Shown piece by piece: positions 14,396 through 29,596 of a DNA stretch of 64,000 nucleotides. Position numbers and translations under genes: made by a program. The notes beneath the pieces were generated by a model, which did not search any database, was not told the DNA's origin, and saw only the letters and a program-made list of their open reading frames with translations. Numbering within the stretch: position 1 is the first letter of the stretch; every line of letters begins with the position of its first letter. This stretch comes from Bigelowiella natans CCMP2755 (lineage: Eukaryota; Protista; Cercozoa): positions 62,001 to 126,000 of the forward strand of contig ADNK01000542.1 in NCBI GenBank assembly GCA_000320545.1, written 5' to 3'.

Positions 14396-14991
14396 TTCTA
14401 GCTTACCACATTGCTAGCAAGGGTCTGCCTTTATTCCTACAAAAACAACAAAAACAACAAAAACAACAAAAACAACCAACAACCCACTGATCATCACTCC
14501 ATCCTGCTTTCCACACCTTGTTTTTCTCCAATCTATCAAATCATTAGCTATTCAGTACTTAGTTATATAACATTCATATAACGATGATAACATAATAATA
14601 ATAATAATAATAATAATAATGTTAATAGTCCCTGGAACGATTATATTCCAAATAACCATCTTTGGAGGCTGCCAGACCCAACAACAACGAAGGTCAGTTC
14701 ATTATTATATGCTAAGAAGATCGTGATGACGCTAAAATTTCGTCATATCATCATCACAGCAGCAGCAGTAGCAGTAGTAGTAGTAGGAACGAGGAGGAGG
14801 GGGAGGAAGAGGAGGAGCATGAGAACGAAACCAGTTTGACAGATGATAAGAGAGAAGAGAGACTCATAAATACTTGTGCTTGTTCACCGTATTATATGTT
14901 TTTTATTGTCCCTGTAGCTGGAGATGTCATCATCTGCGATTTGTACAATATATAGTATTCCTCCTCCTCTTTCTCCTCCCTTAATTTCCTT

Positions 14992-15025
<34 letters not shown>

Positions 15026-15208
15026 CATAGGAATATAACCGCGTCATCCAAGTGTGGGCGGACCCTCCTCATAACAATCTCAGACGTTGCATCCAGGTTG
15101 GTTTTGTGTGTGTGTGTGTTTGTGTGTTAGATCAGCACCATCCATCATCATCCATCATCATCCCTTCATTAGCAATTGCTGCACGGTGAGGATAAAACAC
15201 ATACACAC

Positions 15209-15242
<34 letters not shown>

Positions 15243-15586
15243 TAATAATCGATTCGTCAGGTCTACAATTACATGCTGGAGGAAGGTGTGCGGCCTGATA
15301 TTGTGACGTACAACGAGCTGATGATCCTAGCTCTGAAGGTGCTACTGTTGATGCACACGTTTGTAGTAGGAAAGAGGAGAGGGGGGGAAGGAAGTGTCGA
15401 GGAGTAGACAAATCTATTTTGTAAGTTATCACTGATTTATTTACATTCTGCCTTATCCTCCACCTCTCCTTCGTCTCCCCCCCTACCAGCTCGGACGCAT
15501 GGATGTTACCCTGGACTACTACTTTAAGATGCTGGATGCTGGCATTGAGCCTGACGATACGACAGAGTGGGGAAGCTTGAAGATAC

Positions 15587-15651
<65 letters not shown>

Positions 15652-15685
15652 GTTGCAACCCACGTGGTAATTTGCGCATCATCAG

Positions 15686-15718
<33 letters not shown>

Positions 15719-15814
15719 GTCTCGTAATAATCCGTTATAGGATCGCTACGACGTACATCGAGAGATATGTCAATACATTCCCTGGTCAATTCAAAGCAAA
15801 GCATAAAGAGACTG

Positions 15815-15845
<31 letters not shown>

Positions 15846-16979
15846 GAAGAGTAACGATGGTGTGTGTTTGATGATGAAAATCATAGATATTATTCCTATT
15901 ATCGATGATGCACACAGATGTGCATCATCGTCATCATCATCATCATACTCATAATTACTATAAATTTTAGGCGAGATTGTACCTCTTAGTCAAGTCTTTG
16001 ATGAACTGGTAGTAGTAGGACAAAATCAGTAGTATTAGTAAAAGTAGTGCTAGTAATAGCAGGATTTCGCTTTGAAATATGTCTTATGATGACTTTCATC
16101 ACTCCGATGGCATGTATTGATTGTTATTGTATCTTGCATTATGTGCTTATTGAGAGTTGGGAGAATAGAGAATCGATTGCGTGCTTGGTAGTCAAAGTGA
16201 GATCATGATGATGTGTTTGTATGTTGTTATTGACGTGAAGGTGGTGAAGATGATGGTGATGGTAAAAATAATGATGATGATGATGATTTAGAACCAAACG
16301 TATTTGGAGGATACGGCTCCTTTTGCTCCAAGCAGGGTAGTAGGAAAAATATGCTGTTACTAGTCTCTTTCTTTCTTTCTTTCTTTCTTCGGTCTCTCGA
16401 TTCCTTTGTTTGTATCGATCATCTGCTGAAGAGAACCAACACACATCAGTCGCTACTCACTATGCTTCTCTCATTCTTTTTTTTCTTCTTCTTCTTCTTC
16501 TTCTTCTTCTTCTTCTTCCGTCCTTCTCTCCGATTGTTTGCTGCTTTTACATTACGACATAACCATCGTCATTATCATCATGATCATCATCATTCTTCTC
16601 ATCGTTATCATTCAGGGACCTTATTCGAGGGCGGAGAACCCACTCTTATGGCCTCCTTTACCGGATCTTCAGGATTCCTACGATGACTCTCCCGATGTCA
16701 GTCACGACGATGATGATGATGGTGGTGGTGGTGGTGGTAGCAATTGTAAAGGCAATGGGGGGGGAGGAGGAAAATCCTGATGTGTTGCGCTTCTTCTCCT
16801 TGGTGTTGTTCATTTTATTATTGTTATCATATGCAGTTGATGGAGTATTACGACCTTGATGAGGAAGAAGAAGATTTAGATGAGAATCCAGAGTATAGAC
16901 CCTTGAAGATTGCGAATGAAGGGCTTGAAGGTGCTGCTGCTGCTCTTATTTTGTCACCTTCGTTCTATATGTATATATG

Positions 16980-17026
<47 letters not shown>

Positions 17027-17711
17027 AGTATATTATGCTGCATCATCATCGTCTTCCATGTATTTCCTACTTGCAAATGGTGTTATTTAACTAAAGTTTC
17101 TTCTCTAAATTCTCCCCTCCCTCCCCCCTCCCCTCTCCCCCTTCTTCAGAAACGCCCAAGTACCCACAACCCGTTCCAAATGTAGAAGCTCTGGAGCCCT
17201 TAATTTATGACGTGCCAGTCGTCTCAAAGTGAGTGTGTGTGTGTGTGTGTGTGTGGTGGTATCACAAAGAAGAAGAATGAATGAATAAACAAAGAAGAAG
17301 AAGAAGAAGAAGAAGAAGAAGCCCGAAACATTGATAGAAAACATTAATTTTTGAAAAGAATGGCTGATAGTCTTGATGTCGTTTTATGATACTAACTGCT
17401 GCTGCTCCTGGCACTGCTGCAACTGACTATATAGGAAAGGCAGCCCAAACGCCGTAGACGACTGGGAGGTAGTAGTAGTAGTAGTAGTAGTAGTAGCTGC
17501 AGTTGTTGTAGTTGTGAAATTATGGAAGAATGTATTCACGTGACTGCATTGGAACAATAGCAGAATAACAATATCATCATCATCGTCATCATCATCATCA
17601 TCATCATAAATATAGGACTGGGACTCATGGCTTGAGAATAGCGACTTCCCATTGCAAGCTCCGTACAAGGAGATTGAAACCGAGGGAGAGAACGACGATG
17701 GGTACCTCTAG
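11772..17711 (+). CDS. Pentatricopeptide-repeat (PPR) protein with a bipartite-like leader and long acidic region
   Basis: Exons EYNRVIQVWA (~15030), VYNYMLEEGVRPDIVTYNELMILALK (15261-15340) and LGRMDVTLDYYFKMLDAGIEPDDTT (~15490) are PPR motifs. The N-terminal hydrophobic stretch is followed by an R/S-rich transit-like segment. Exons at 12.5-14.2 kb are D/E-rich. The last exon ends ENDDGYL* at 17711. Confidence 0.8.
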
Positions 17712-17941
17712 TTTCCTGTCCAGAATAAACAACCCAACGAATCGCTTTTCAAAGCACGTGCTAAGCAAGTGTTTTAGTCATCAATGAAAATAATGCAGCT
17801 GCGACGACGCAAAAGTAGATCGTATCACCGTCGTCAGTCTGTTTAAGGTGAAAAATATGACGATGATATAATTGATCAATAAAGACCCAAATGATCAGCT
17901 AAGTTGTTCTGCGTGATGGGGGCAATGATGTGTTGTGGTTG

Positions 17942-17977
<36 letters not shown>

Positions 17978-18603
17978 GCGTTGTTGCATGGGGTGTACAG
18001 GGCGTAAATACATGTGGTGCGTGTGGTGTGTATGTTGACCAATTCGCATGTCATATAAGCACGCATTTCTTGAGCGTCATCAGCAGCTATAAGTAGCTCA
18101 ACTTCTAGCTATGCTTGCAAGCTTACATGTCATCATGTTTATTACTTGTGATCGCATCAAGGCAGCTACGCATTATATACTCATAATCAGATAGTTTGTG
18201 CTAGTGGCACTTTGTATCATCTAGACTGTGCATCTTCTAGCGTTGCAATGGTGTCACTGACAACCTGTTGATTAATGAGATGAGTGCTGATGAATCATAG
18301 CATGCGAAAAGCAGACGCGACGGAGCATGACTAGATATGTATCTACGCGACAGTGGTATCGTGAGCGAGAGCCCTGCTTGAGCGACGGCGTAGCTACATC
18401 GTATCCACTCTAACAGCGGCGGGCATTGAATCATGCATCAGCACAATGATGCAAGCAGCTGTGAGCACGCTATTATGCCTCCTTTAGTAGTCATGCATTG
18501 TTGCCTGTCTTTACTTAGATATACTGAGGTGAATAGTCATAATTGCAGTCGTACATGTTGTGAAATGTCACAAGGCCTCTATGAGATATTCGGATTCAGT
18601 ATC

Positions 18604-19388
18604 CTATTGGTTGTTGCTTCTTGCATTCGATCGTCGGGTCAGCGTGCTCGGAACAAGTTTTCGCAGTCTCTCGATAGAGTCAAACTGACGCCGAATCAAA
18701 CTCTGATCTTTCTCCAACTTTTCCTTCAATCTTAATCTTATCATATCAATTGACGAGTCATCGAAGCTCTCCCCGCCACCAGCTATTCCATCATCATTAG
18801 CAGAAGTAGCAGCAGCAGCAGCCGAGCGAGTATCCAATAGGGATAAGAGGGATTCTCGAGTTTGATCCATTTGTGATGACTGCTGTGCGATTATCTGTCG
18901 CGCCCTGTCCAGCGAGCCAAGCACTTTATGCATTTCTAGTTGATGTTTCTCATTCACTACTTCTCCTCTAACGCGCGCGGCGTTATCTTTCTCCCTAGCC
19001 AACAGCGACATTTCCCTATTTTCCGAGGCCAGTCGTTCCAGCTTCATATTTGCGTCACGTAGTTGATGACGTGAGTGGGAGAGGCGCGATTGAATATGAT
19101 GCAGATGTGAGATGAGGTGAGTGTGGCTCTTTTCCTGCTCCTCCTGAAGTTGATTCAGCTCTTTCTTGTTCGATGCAAGGCGGAGACGAAGCTGCGACAT
19201 AGCCTGCAGTAGTTGTGTAGATAACAGATAATGGAGGTATTCATTAGCAACGAAGTAGGAAGTAAGGAGGAACAGAAATTGGCCAAGATCATCATCATCC
19301 TCCTGCTGCTGCTGCTGCTGCTATGTGATGGTTGGAGGTGTTATCATCATCATCGTCGTCATCATTGTCGTTGTTTTCAGCACCACCA

Positions 19389-19419
<31 letters not shown>

Positions 19420-20654
19420 TTTAGTTATCACCTGGTGCTCTCTAATTAGCTTCTTGGAAGCTGCTGCTGCCATTTCTTTCGCATGTCTCAATTTCGTCGT
19501 CAAAAGAGCAATCCTAGCAGCTGCTGCTGAAGTCCCCGCACCACCCTAGAAGTTTGAACAAAAGAGAAGAAGATCAAAGACAGTGCTCCAATGGGGGGGG
19601 ATTCTCATAACCGATGATTACGTTTTAGTTCGTTAGTTGTTACCTCCTCCTGCTGCTGCTGATGGTGGTGGTAGTGAGTTTCCTTCTCTTTAAGCTTTGC
19701 AGAGAGTATTTCCAGAGCCAGTGACTTGTTTGCGAGTTGGTGCTGTGCATGCTTGAGCCCTTCATGTGCTGTTTGTAGCGCTGAGGAAGCAAAACGATAC
19801 AACTTGTCCCGTTGAGACTGATAGGGGGGGGAAGGGGTGGGGGATTGCGATGAATTATTGAAAATATGTGTTAGTAGTAGTACAAGCAGAGGGTGATGCT
19901 GGGCGTCGTAATAATAAGAGAATAATAAGAATAATGATATGTTTTGATTGCTGGCGACATCGTTCGTTGTCATCGTCATGTAGTCCTTCTCTTTCTTCTC
20001 ACCAATTACCTTCCACTTCTGAGCTTGGTCTCGAAGCGTATGTGCGAGCGTGTAAGATGAGCTTAGATTTTGCTTCAACCTGGAGATTTGGCCTTCATAA
20101 TCTTGGTTGAGGTGCGTGAAGGCTTGCAGCAATTTCTGAGAGCAAGTAGCAAGAAGAAGACACATCAAGGTTTGCACTACTACTGTTGTTGTTGAATGCG
20201 GCGTAGTCCTATTTCGTATAAGGTCTCTCTGTTCTTTGTGTTGTGTGGAAAAGTAAGGGGAGGAGGAGGAGGGGGGGGGGGGGGGGAGGAAGGCAGAGGA
20301 GTTGTCACACGACGTTTCTTTGTTTGGAATAGTCTTGGCGTAGGTTATGGAGCATGTATTTGGCTTGCATGAGTGTTGATTCAGCAGTTGAAAGAGCTGC
20401 CCCTCCCCTTCCTTCTCCTCCATTGCGTTGATGCTCCTCCCCCTGATGACGGAAAAAGCATGATGAGGTGCTCCATGATGAATTAGCAAGCAGCCTCTTA
20501 AAATTATTTTCGAAATATACGTCTGATTTCTATTGCCCTGCTGCTGCTGCTGCTGCTACTGCTACTGCTACTACATTTCCACTGACGAAAATTGGTGAAG
20601 GCATATGCATCTTATTTCTATCATGTCTCTCTCGTACACGCACGTACACACACA

Positions 20655-20708
<54 letters not shown>

Positions 20709-20807
20709 TTGTAAAATGTGGGCTGTTCTTCAACATACGACGATTCTATTGAGTAGCAACCGACCTTATGATGAATGATATCCGTTTGGTTCTCCCTGCG
20801 TTGTTGT

Positions 20808-20840
<33 letters not shown>

Positions 20841-22493
20841 GTACGCTTATGGAGCGGCTGTTGTTGTTTCAATCTGGGGAGCAGCTTGATCGATACAGCA
20901 TCATCAGGAGAACTGCTACCAGCGGTTGAAGATCGTCCTTCAACCTTTTGCATTATTCTTGCGACACTACTATGCCCCCCCCCTTCGTTCAGGGTAGCTC
21001 TTACAACTGAGATTGGATGATTATGATGAGCTGTAGCAATCAAAGTAGTAGCTGGCGACAGCTTCTCCTTATTCTGCGGATGATGATGCTCCTCCGTAAT
21101 AACGACAGTCCTTCCCTTTCTGTTTGGACGTTCTTCCTGCTTTTGCAGTGTAGTTGTAGTAGTAGTAGAAGCAGCAGCAGTGGCAGGTGCTCTTTGTGTC
21201 AAGCTTGCACGTTTTGCTGTCATCGTTGTCATTGATTTCCTTCCTTCACTGCTGTTCAGATCTTCAAGGTAATGCATCAACAAATCTGCCGTGGTGCTGC
21301 TACGCTCGTAATCATGGTGAGTACCCAATCTGTGAGGGGTAGTAGCCCTTGTGCTTGTGTTTGGTGAAAGTAATGATGATGACGACGATATAATAGTTGG
21401 CGATTTATCATCCGAATTTACAACATGATGATCATTATTATTATGACGACGATGGTCTTCTCCTCCTCTTCCTCCTCCTCCTCCTACAACATGAAACTGC
21501 CTTTGTTGCTCTTTCATTTGGCCTTGAATATCGGCCCACCATCTCTCCACATCCCAATGACCATCATCATCGCGGTGCAACTTCTCCTTGTCCTCCTCTC
21601 TTTCCTCCTTCTCAGCTTCCTGCAGTAGTGAGAGTGTGGTAAAAATTTCTTTGGCATCATCGGCCAACGCCTGGCTATACCCTTCATCAGCAACCAGGTG
21701 GTGCTGATTGTAAGCAGCATTCAATTCAAGAAAAGAAGCTGACGTTTCGCCGGTTAGATTTCCTTTTGATGCCTCCATAGCGCTACTGTTTGTCTTACTA
21801 TGAAGATGTTGTTGACCAGTGCTATTAACGCTTCCACGTGATTCCTTCACATTATTATCAATCCCTTCTTCTCTCCCCCCCCCTTTCGTGTTCTGGCTGG
21901 TTCTACTTATATTCGCAACAACAGCTGCGGTAGTAGCAGCTGATGATGACAATGAAGAAGATGAGGAAGAAGAAGAGTAGTTATTGTTGGAAAAGGAGGA
22001 GAAATGATTAGGTCGTTTCTTCAGTGAATGCTGCAGCTGTTCGTGGAGAATCTGGGATATCTTTCTTCTCCTGTCCTCCAACTCACTCTGCTCTTGATTT
22101 CGCTGCTTGCTAAGGTTCTCCTCGTCATTACTACCCTCCTTCTCAATATTATCATCCTGACGATGGAGGGATTTAAACCTAAGTTCTGCATCTACAACTT
22201 GATGCTTGGCGTGTTGTGCTCTTTCTTCCTCCTCTCGCCTCTTTTCAGCAAAATCAGCTATTAATTCAGCGCTCACCATCTCGCCCATATGACCGGGGGG
22301 GGAGGGGGAGGAGGATGATGAGGATGATGAGAAGCGGTGATGAGAATGATGCGGTCTATGTGTTGCTTCATCGTTTTCGTTGAAGTGGTCATCATTATCA
22401 TCATCATCATCATCATCAAGTATCTGCCCGTTGGAGTTGCGTAGCTTGGCCTTTGTTCCAGGAATCTTGACCATGTGCTTTTTTGGAGAAGAA

Positions 22494-22526
<33 letters not shown>

Positions 22527-24136
22527 ATAGATGAAGACGAGTCATCATCATCATTGCTTGTGCTTCGATTGCTTTGTTCTTTTTGTTGTTGTTCTTCGTC
22601 TTGAATGCTACTGGTACTGGTCTCTCTTGATTCTTCTGTTCCTTGATCATCACCATCATTTTCTGTATCCATTTCTTCCTCTCCTCCTCCTCCTCCTCCT
22701 CTTTGCCTTTCGTTGTGGTGGCTCTTGGTGTTCTTCTTCTTATTATTATTGTTATTGTCCACCTCCTCCTCTTCCTTTCCTTCCTCTTCATCTTCTCCCC
22801 CCTCTTGACCATCTTCCTGGTTCTCGTCTTGATCTTTACTGCTATTCGTTGTGTGAGTATGGTGCATATCCTTGATTCTACTATTGGTGGTAGTGGTGGT
22901 GGTAGCAGTAGTATTCTTGGAATTGTTTTCAACTCCTTCCTCCCTGTTATCGTCATCATCATCATCATCATCATCATCGATTAAGTTTCTGTTTCTTTCG
23001 CGCTGATGATGAGAGCCATTGCTAGACGGTTGGTGATGATGAGTGAGATGGGTAGAAGAGCTCCGGATTGCGGTTGGACCTCCTCCTAAAGCAAACAGAC
23101 ACAACAACAACGACAACAACAGCATTAGGGTGATTGTCAAGGGAATGAAATAATTTTAATATCATTGCTGCTGCTCTTAATATCATCATCATATCACCCA
23201 CTCTCATCACTTTTGAGTTGTTGTTGTTGCTGCTACTATTCGTTGATCTGGTATTCGTTCGTTAGCTGCTGCTAAGGATTTATTTGTTTGTTTGATGATG
23301 CTAGTGTAGTGGTGTGTGTGCTGCTTTGACCTTGGTTCTTCTCAGCCTTCTCCCCATTATCTTCATTACTAATATCATTGCTGCTTTCTTCGTCAATTCC
23401 GTTGGTATGATTGGTGCCCTCCTCCTCCTCCTCCTCCTCTTCCTCATCATCATCTTCTCTTTTACCATCATCTTGAGCCTGGAGGTGCTCCTTCTTTCTC
23501 TCCTTTGCTTTTTCCTTCTCATTCAGTTGCAGCGTCGATCCCTCCCCATCGTTATCTTCGTCAGCAGCACGGCTACCGCTTACTTTGCTACCTCTGGGAT
23601 CTCCCCCTCGGTGTAGCGAAGGAGAAGAAGAAGAAGAAGATGATGATGATGTAGGAGCTGGTAGAGCTGACTTGGCATAGTTACCTTGTTCTTCTTCATC
23701 TTGATCTTCATCTTCGTTTTCTTCCTTCTCGGCTGCAGCTGCTTTGAGTGTCCCCCTCCTCCTCCTCTTACTATTGCTACTGCTGCTGGTACTACTACTA
23801 CTTTTAGTACTCCTCACAAGTTTATCACTGGCATCCTCTTCCTTACCTTCCTTATTCCCTTGTTGTACTTGTCGATGTGGTCGTTGTCTCAATTGCTGCT
23901 TATTGTGTCGGCTGTGAGCTCTTGTGCTTGTTGGCATGTCATTCTCTTCTTCATCAGGAACTTCATGGGTATCATCACCATCTTCTTTGCTCATTTCCTC
24001 ATGATTGTCATCATCTCCTTCAGCACTGCCGCTTTCACTCTTTTTACTACTATGATGCGGCTGTGAATGATGATGACGCAGAAGTTGCTGCTGCTGCTGC
24101 CTTACCATCAATGGTAATTGCCTAGAGAGGAAAGAC

Positions 24137-24186
<50 letters not shown>

Positions 24187-25982
24187 AATCGAAGCAGAGC
24201 TTCTTGATTCCATGAATGCATGTTTAGTTGTAACCTTGCACGACGGTAGTTAAATAAATAATGTATATAATTACAACAGAGCAGTGAGTTGCGAGCCTCT
24301 CTCTCTTTTTCTCATGCCCCTCTTTTCTTCTCCCCTCCTCCCTCCCTCCCCCCCTCCTCATCATTAATACCCAGCCGCTGCTGCTTCTGCTGGAACTGGG
24401 AGGACAATATGAGTGTCCAGCACGTGGGGATGCAACGAGGATATGGGAGGAGCATGATCAACATCCATCATTTGAGGAGGAGGAGGAGAAGGTGGTAATA
24501 ATAATCGGTGGATTGGCACTGCAGCAGGGGGGGTAGGTGTAACAGATGCATGGAGAGGCGTTGGGAGAGGAGGATGAGGAAGAGGCAGCGCCACAGGCGG
24601 TGTATGTTCTTCCACGTGCTCCTCCTCTTTAACCAACGTAGTAGGAGGTAGAAGTTTTGGGTGAATAAAGGTTGCAAGGAGCGAGTTGCGCACTGATGCG
24701 ATACGTTGATCGAGCAGGTTGGAGAACTAATGACAACCATAATAGCATTTATGAGACACACAGGAAGTGGTGGTGGTGGTGGTGGTGGTGGTGGTGGTCA
24801 CAGTAATAACACCCATGATAATATCACAGTTGGAGGAGGAGGAGGAGGAGGAGGAGGAATACAGCAGCAGCAGCATGTTTCCGAAACGAACACAGGTAGT
24901 GGAAGATAGATAGATATGACCTTGTGCAAAATGAGGGTTTTCTCCTTAATCTCAAGTATCTCTTTGGTCGCATCTTCAATTGCATCTTCGATTTGATGGG
25001 CCTTTTCCTCTGCTGCCTCTCGCGCACTTTCCCTCTCAGAAGCAGTATCTTCTTTGCTTTTGGCTAGCAGCTTCTTCGCATTTTCTGCAGCTGCTCGAGC
25101 TTCTCTGAAAGAACAAGAGAGAGAGAGAGAGAGAGTGAAGATCAATTCGTGTTATGAGCTGTCCAGATATTAAAACCAATCTTTCTTAGACGATTCTCTC
25201 ATTTTCTAACAATGTAACAAAACATTATTGAGAGCACAACATACTTCGCCGCTCCATCGTTTTGCTTTGTCAACTTAGCGAGGTTATGAAGCTTCTCTGA
25301 TAGCAACTTAGCATCATCTTTTGCTCTTTGTTTTTGATGTAAGGCTGCTTTGATGAGATCAGGTGGACTTGTGAGGTCCGGCAGTGGCGTTACATGAATA
25401 GGATTTTCCTGATAAAAGAGAACAAAATACATGGAAGACACGTAAATGTCCCATGAAATGGTCATGTTACAAATATTTGCTGAGGAGCAACACGAAAGTT
25501 GAACATTTCCGGTTGAATCGCACCCAAGCAGCTACTATACTGGATAGACACTTATCATCATCATCATCATCATCATCCTCATAACAAGTGAATCTTGAGA
25601 TAACAGGAAAGAGAACAGACCCTATTGAGTACTCCGAGAGACTTTACTGCATCCATAGCACCAGAAAGAATTGCTTTTGCATTAGGGTCGATGGGGAGGC
25701 TTTTATCCGATGAAGACATTTCACGGGATACTGAGTATACGATTGAGAAAGAATTATTTTATAGATAGAATACGTGCTCATCAGATTCCATGCCCTGCCC
25801 AATTAATTACCAGTCCTTTGTAGCGCATTAAGCTGTTCATCCATTTGACCGATATGCATACTTAAATCATCACCAAGCGAGTACTTGGCACGCAAAGGAA
25901 CCATTTGCCGAGATGCTGCAACTTGAACCCCCATAGAAACAGGGATGGTCAAGAAAAGCACGGTAATCATCTGTGTCATCAT
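18604..25982 (-). CDS. Large, probably secreted, low-complexity/coiled-coil protein (may be two genes)
   Basis: Signal-peptide-like start MMTQMITVLFLTIPVSMGVQVAA at 25982. Long minus-strand ORFs at 24798-25145, 23272-24213, 20621-23140, 19605-20489 and 18604-19200 carry coiled-coil-like and poly-S/D/E/Q tracts. Confidence 0.55.
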
Positions 25983-26375
25983 GGCCTTGGAAACTTAGAC
26001 TAGCTGACTTTTATGCAGCAAGGGAACATCCAAATTTTCATGTTTTAAGATCCCTCAATCCTCAAACACATTCTGCTGTGGTCACTAAAAAGGTCCCCTC
26101 CCTCTCTTCCGATCGATCGAGAGGGGGCACGATTTAAGTTTGAATTCAGAGAGTTCAATCGCCTCAACAGCCGAAAAGATAAATATTAATATTTGTCTGT
26201 TATTTCTTCTATTTCTGCCAATCTTTGTCGCAGGGTATACAATGCCACTGCTTTCAGGTTTGAAAATATATCGAAAAATTAAAAAATAAAATAAAATATC
26301 GGACCTCTTGGTTGTCGCAGATCACAAATAGCATGGAATTGACAGAAGGACATTACCCGAACGTCTACGCCATCG

Positions 26376-26521
26376 ATGGCACGGACCCGAAGAGCCACCG
26401 GAATAGCTAAGCAACGGCGGCCTTTCCTCCATTGGTTAGTATTTCTCTGCCCTCATTCGTACAAATCTTCTGTTTCTGTTCGTCATATTTCCCAGTTTGA
26501 CTTCTTCATTAATGCTCTGCA

Positions 26522-26562
<41 letters not shown>

Positions 26563-27399
26563 AGCGCAGCAGCATTTTGATTCCGCTTTATGAACTAGTA
26601 TTTGTAATTCACCTTTCTCATAAATCCTTTCCCATCCTCCTTTTATTCGAAGGAATTTTGCCTTTCCCGTTAAGTATTCATTCTGAGTAATATAGTGTTC
26701 GTCGTGTGTTTTATCCGTAGATGAGCGGTGTTCTGATCATTACCACTGTCCTCTCGCTGCTAATCACTGAAATCCCAACTGTCCATGGTGGAGTTGGATG
26801 GGAGATGGACGGGATACCGAGCTCTGAGGGGGAGGAGGAGGGGAGAGGATGCCCAGTTTCTACTACTGTGGGCGCCGACGAGGAAGATCATGTAGCTCTA
26901 CTACTACACTTATTATTGATGAAACCACCAACACGATGAAGCAGTAACACTGTTGTTGAAGGAGTAGTCTCTTGGATCTGTGTATTTATTGTCATTGCAT
27001 TTGGAATGTTAGTAGATAAGCCGTCATTTTCTTCTTAGCATGTCGTAGTCATTCCTTTCAACACATTGTATCTGCTATCAGGGGAAAATAATGCTTTTGG
27101 ACGATCCTTTAACGTATGCATTAACTATAGTTGATATGTGTTATATTAATGGGAAGAATTCTTAAACAATTATACTATGATAACGTTTCTATCGTTAAGA
27201 GTGAGGCATCGAGTAATCTGCTTGCAAAAAACAACTTCAGCAGCTGTACTATTATGCAGATTTGAGTTTGGAGAGAATACGCTCCTTTGTGACGACGAAC
27301 ATATCGAAGAAGAACAAGTAAGTTGAAGGCGTCTCTCGATGTTGCGGTCGCAAACTAATATAGTAGGTTTTAGTGTGGTTGGTTCATTCGTTGACTGAT

Positions 27400-27439
<40 letters not shown>

Positions 27440-27507
27440 TCTCTTATCTGTCTGCTAGGGTATTCCAGCTCCAAGGATATCAATTTCAAACTATCACGGA
27501 AAGGTGT

Positions 27508-27541
<34 letters not shown>

Positions 27542-27644
27542 TAGGATGATCATGGAGAGGAGGAGGAGGAGGAGGAGGGTGGCGAATTATTACGAATTGA
27601 AAACAACTGGGAAATGAAGTTGATTGTACGCTGCTACACTACAC

Positions 27645-27681
<37 letters not shown>

Positions 27682-27986
27682 CACTACTACCAATTTGTGA
27701 TATTGTCAAATTAAGAACCATAAATTGGAGATGTGTTACGTTTATGATATCCTACTTATTTATTGGTATTAACGTCGCGATAACTCTCTTGCTCCTTCCT
27801 TCCTTCCTTCCTTCCTTCGCACTACACAGCTCGTAGACTTCACCATTGGCGTTCGAATAAGAAGGAAAAGGAATGACCCCAACGCAACGAGACCAGCTAC
27901 AGAGCCATTGACAAGCATTCATCAAGGGGTAAGAAGAGAAAGAAGGGAATAAAACCATAAGTAGAAGCTAGCTAATTGTATATGTT

Positions 27987-28025
<39 letters not shown>

Positions 28026-28169
28026 CACACACATATACATGTATATATTATATTTATTTATAATAATTATTATGCATATTTTGCACAAATGGAATGGAAA
28101 GAGCGTTGGATGGATGACGATAGGATGGGGTAGTAATATATCTACTTCTTGATGATGATTATGTGATGT

Positions 28170-28201
<32 letters not shown>

Positions 28202-28626
28202 AATGATGATGAATATGATGATCACTATGCACTCTTCCATTCCTACTATACTCTTATCCTGCTTACTCTATCATCGTAGCACGTAACAATGACATCTGCT
28301 TGTTATCTTACCCTTTGACTCTCTCTCTTTTTCTCTTTCTCTCTCTCTTAGATTATTGTCCAGCTGTGTTCCACATGAAGGTGGCCATTGTTTCTTTGTT
28401 GAGTTGGCTGCTTACTTTAGCCTTTTCTTCCCTCCCTACTCTCATACCTGTCTCGACGCTTGGTTGAGTATATCATTTGCTACTCTCAATATCGTTGTTG
28501 TTGGCACAAAGCATTTATAAAACGATCTATCTTCATCATTATCATCATCATCATCATCTACAGGGTTCATCGGACCACAGATATGGGAAATGCGCTGAGT
28601 TTCGATATGACTTAGATGCAACTTCG

Positions 28627-28662
<36 letters not shown>

Positions 28663-29374
28663 ATGATGATCCCATCCGTCAGTGAACAACATCAACAAGA
28701 AATGATTACTGCTACTAATAGAGCCGAATAATTCCATTGATACTTTTCCACAACTGCTTCTTTCTGTCGTTAGCTTACCACCACTGAGCAATACTCTAAG
28801 ATGCTCTTTTCACCTCTTTCTCCTTTAGGAGTACATTTCTCGTCCAGTGGCTAGTGTATCTGTAAGTAGTGAATCCATTCAATCAATCATTCATCCAAGT
28901 GTTGTCTGTCTGTCCTCTACACATTCTCTCAATATTTCGAGGAGGCAGCATAGTTGTATATAAGATGATCCTTCTTCTCTGCAACCTTTCTCATAATTAC
29001 TAGATGTGCTTCTCTTTGGGAGGAGAGGAAGGAGTCTCTAATACTACTACTACTACTACTACTACCAACGCACGCCCCTCCCCGGTCTTTTGGGGGCCAG
29101 GTTGAGATATGATAAAAGAGTTTATTATTTTACGAAATGGGGGAATGGAGCCGGGGGGGGGGGGCATCGAATTTCGAGGGAAAAACTGACATAGTGCTTA
29201 CTTGCATCAATGTAGCGGGTATTCCTGCATTTGGCCAAGACTGGAATGAGGAGGAAGGCCTTCCTCATCATCATGATAGAAGATTCTCCGACATTCTCAA
29301 GGAACAGTAATCACAATGGATGGAAATGGGGAGGGGGGGGGGGAGGAGGGAAAGATCGTTGGTAGTAATTGATA

Positions 29375-29408
<34 letters not shown>

Positions 29409-29565
29409 GATTAATATGTTGCGTGTTCTTTCTGCTGGTTATTATCATATCATCACCATCAGCGGTATCGATAGATATGGAAAGTGCTATGATCAATCTA
29501 GAACCAGCTATAATTCAGGATTTAGTTTCTTCACTTCGACTGGAGCTTATATTCATGTAGCACAT

Positions 29566-29596
<31 letters not shown>

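Noticed and set aside
20621-23140. 839-aa ORF as an independent gene with its own signal peptide
   Set aside because: It starts at a non-ATG codon and lies between same-strand ORFs of similar composition. It is treated as part of one locus, though a split cannot be excluded.
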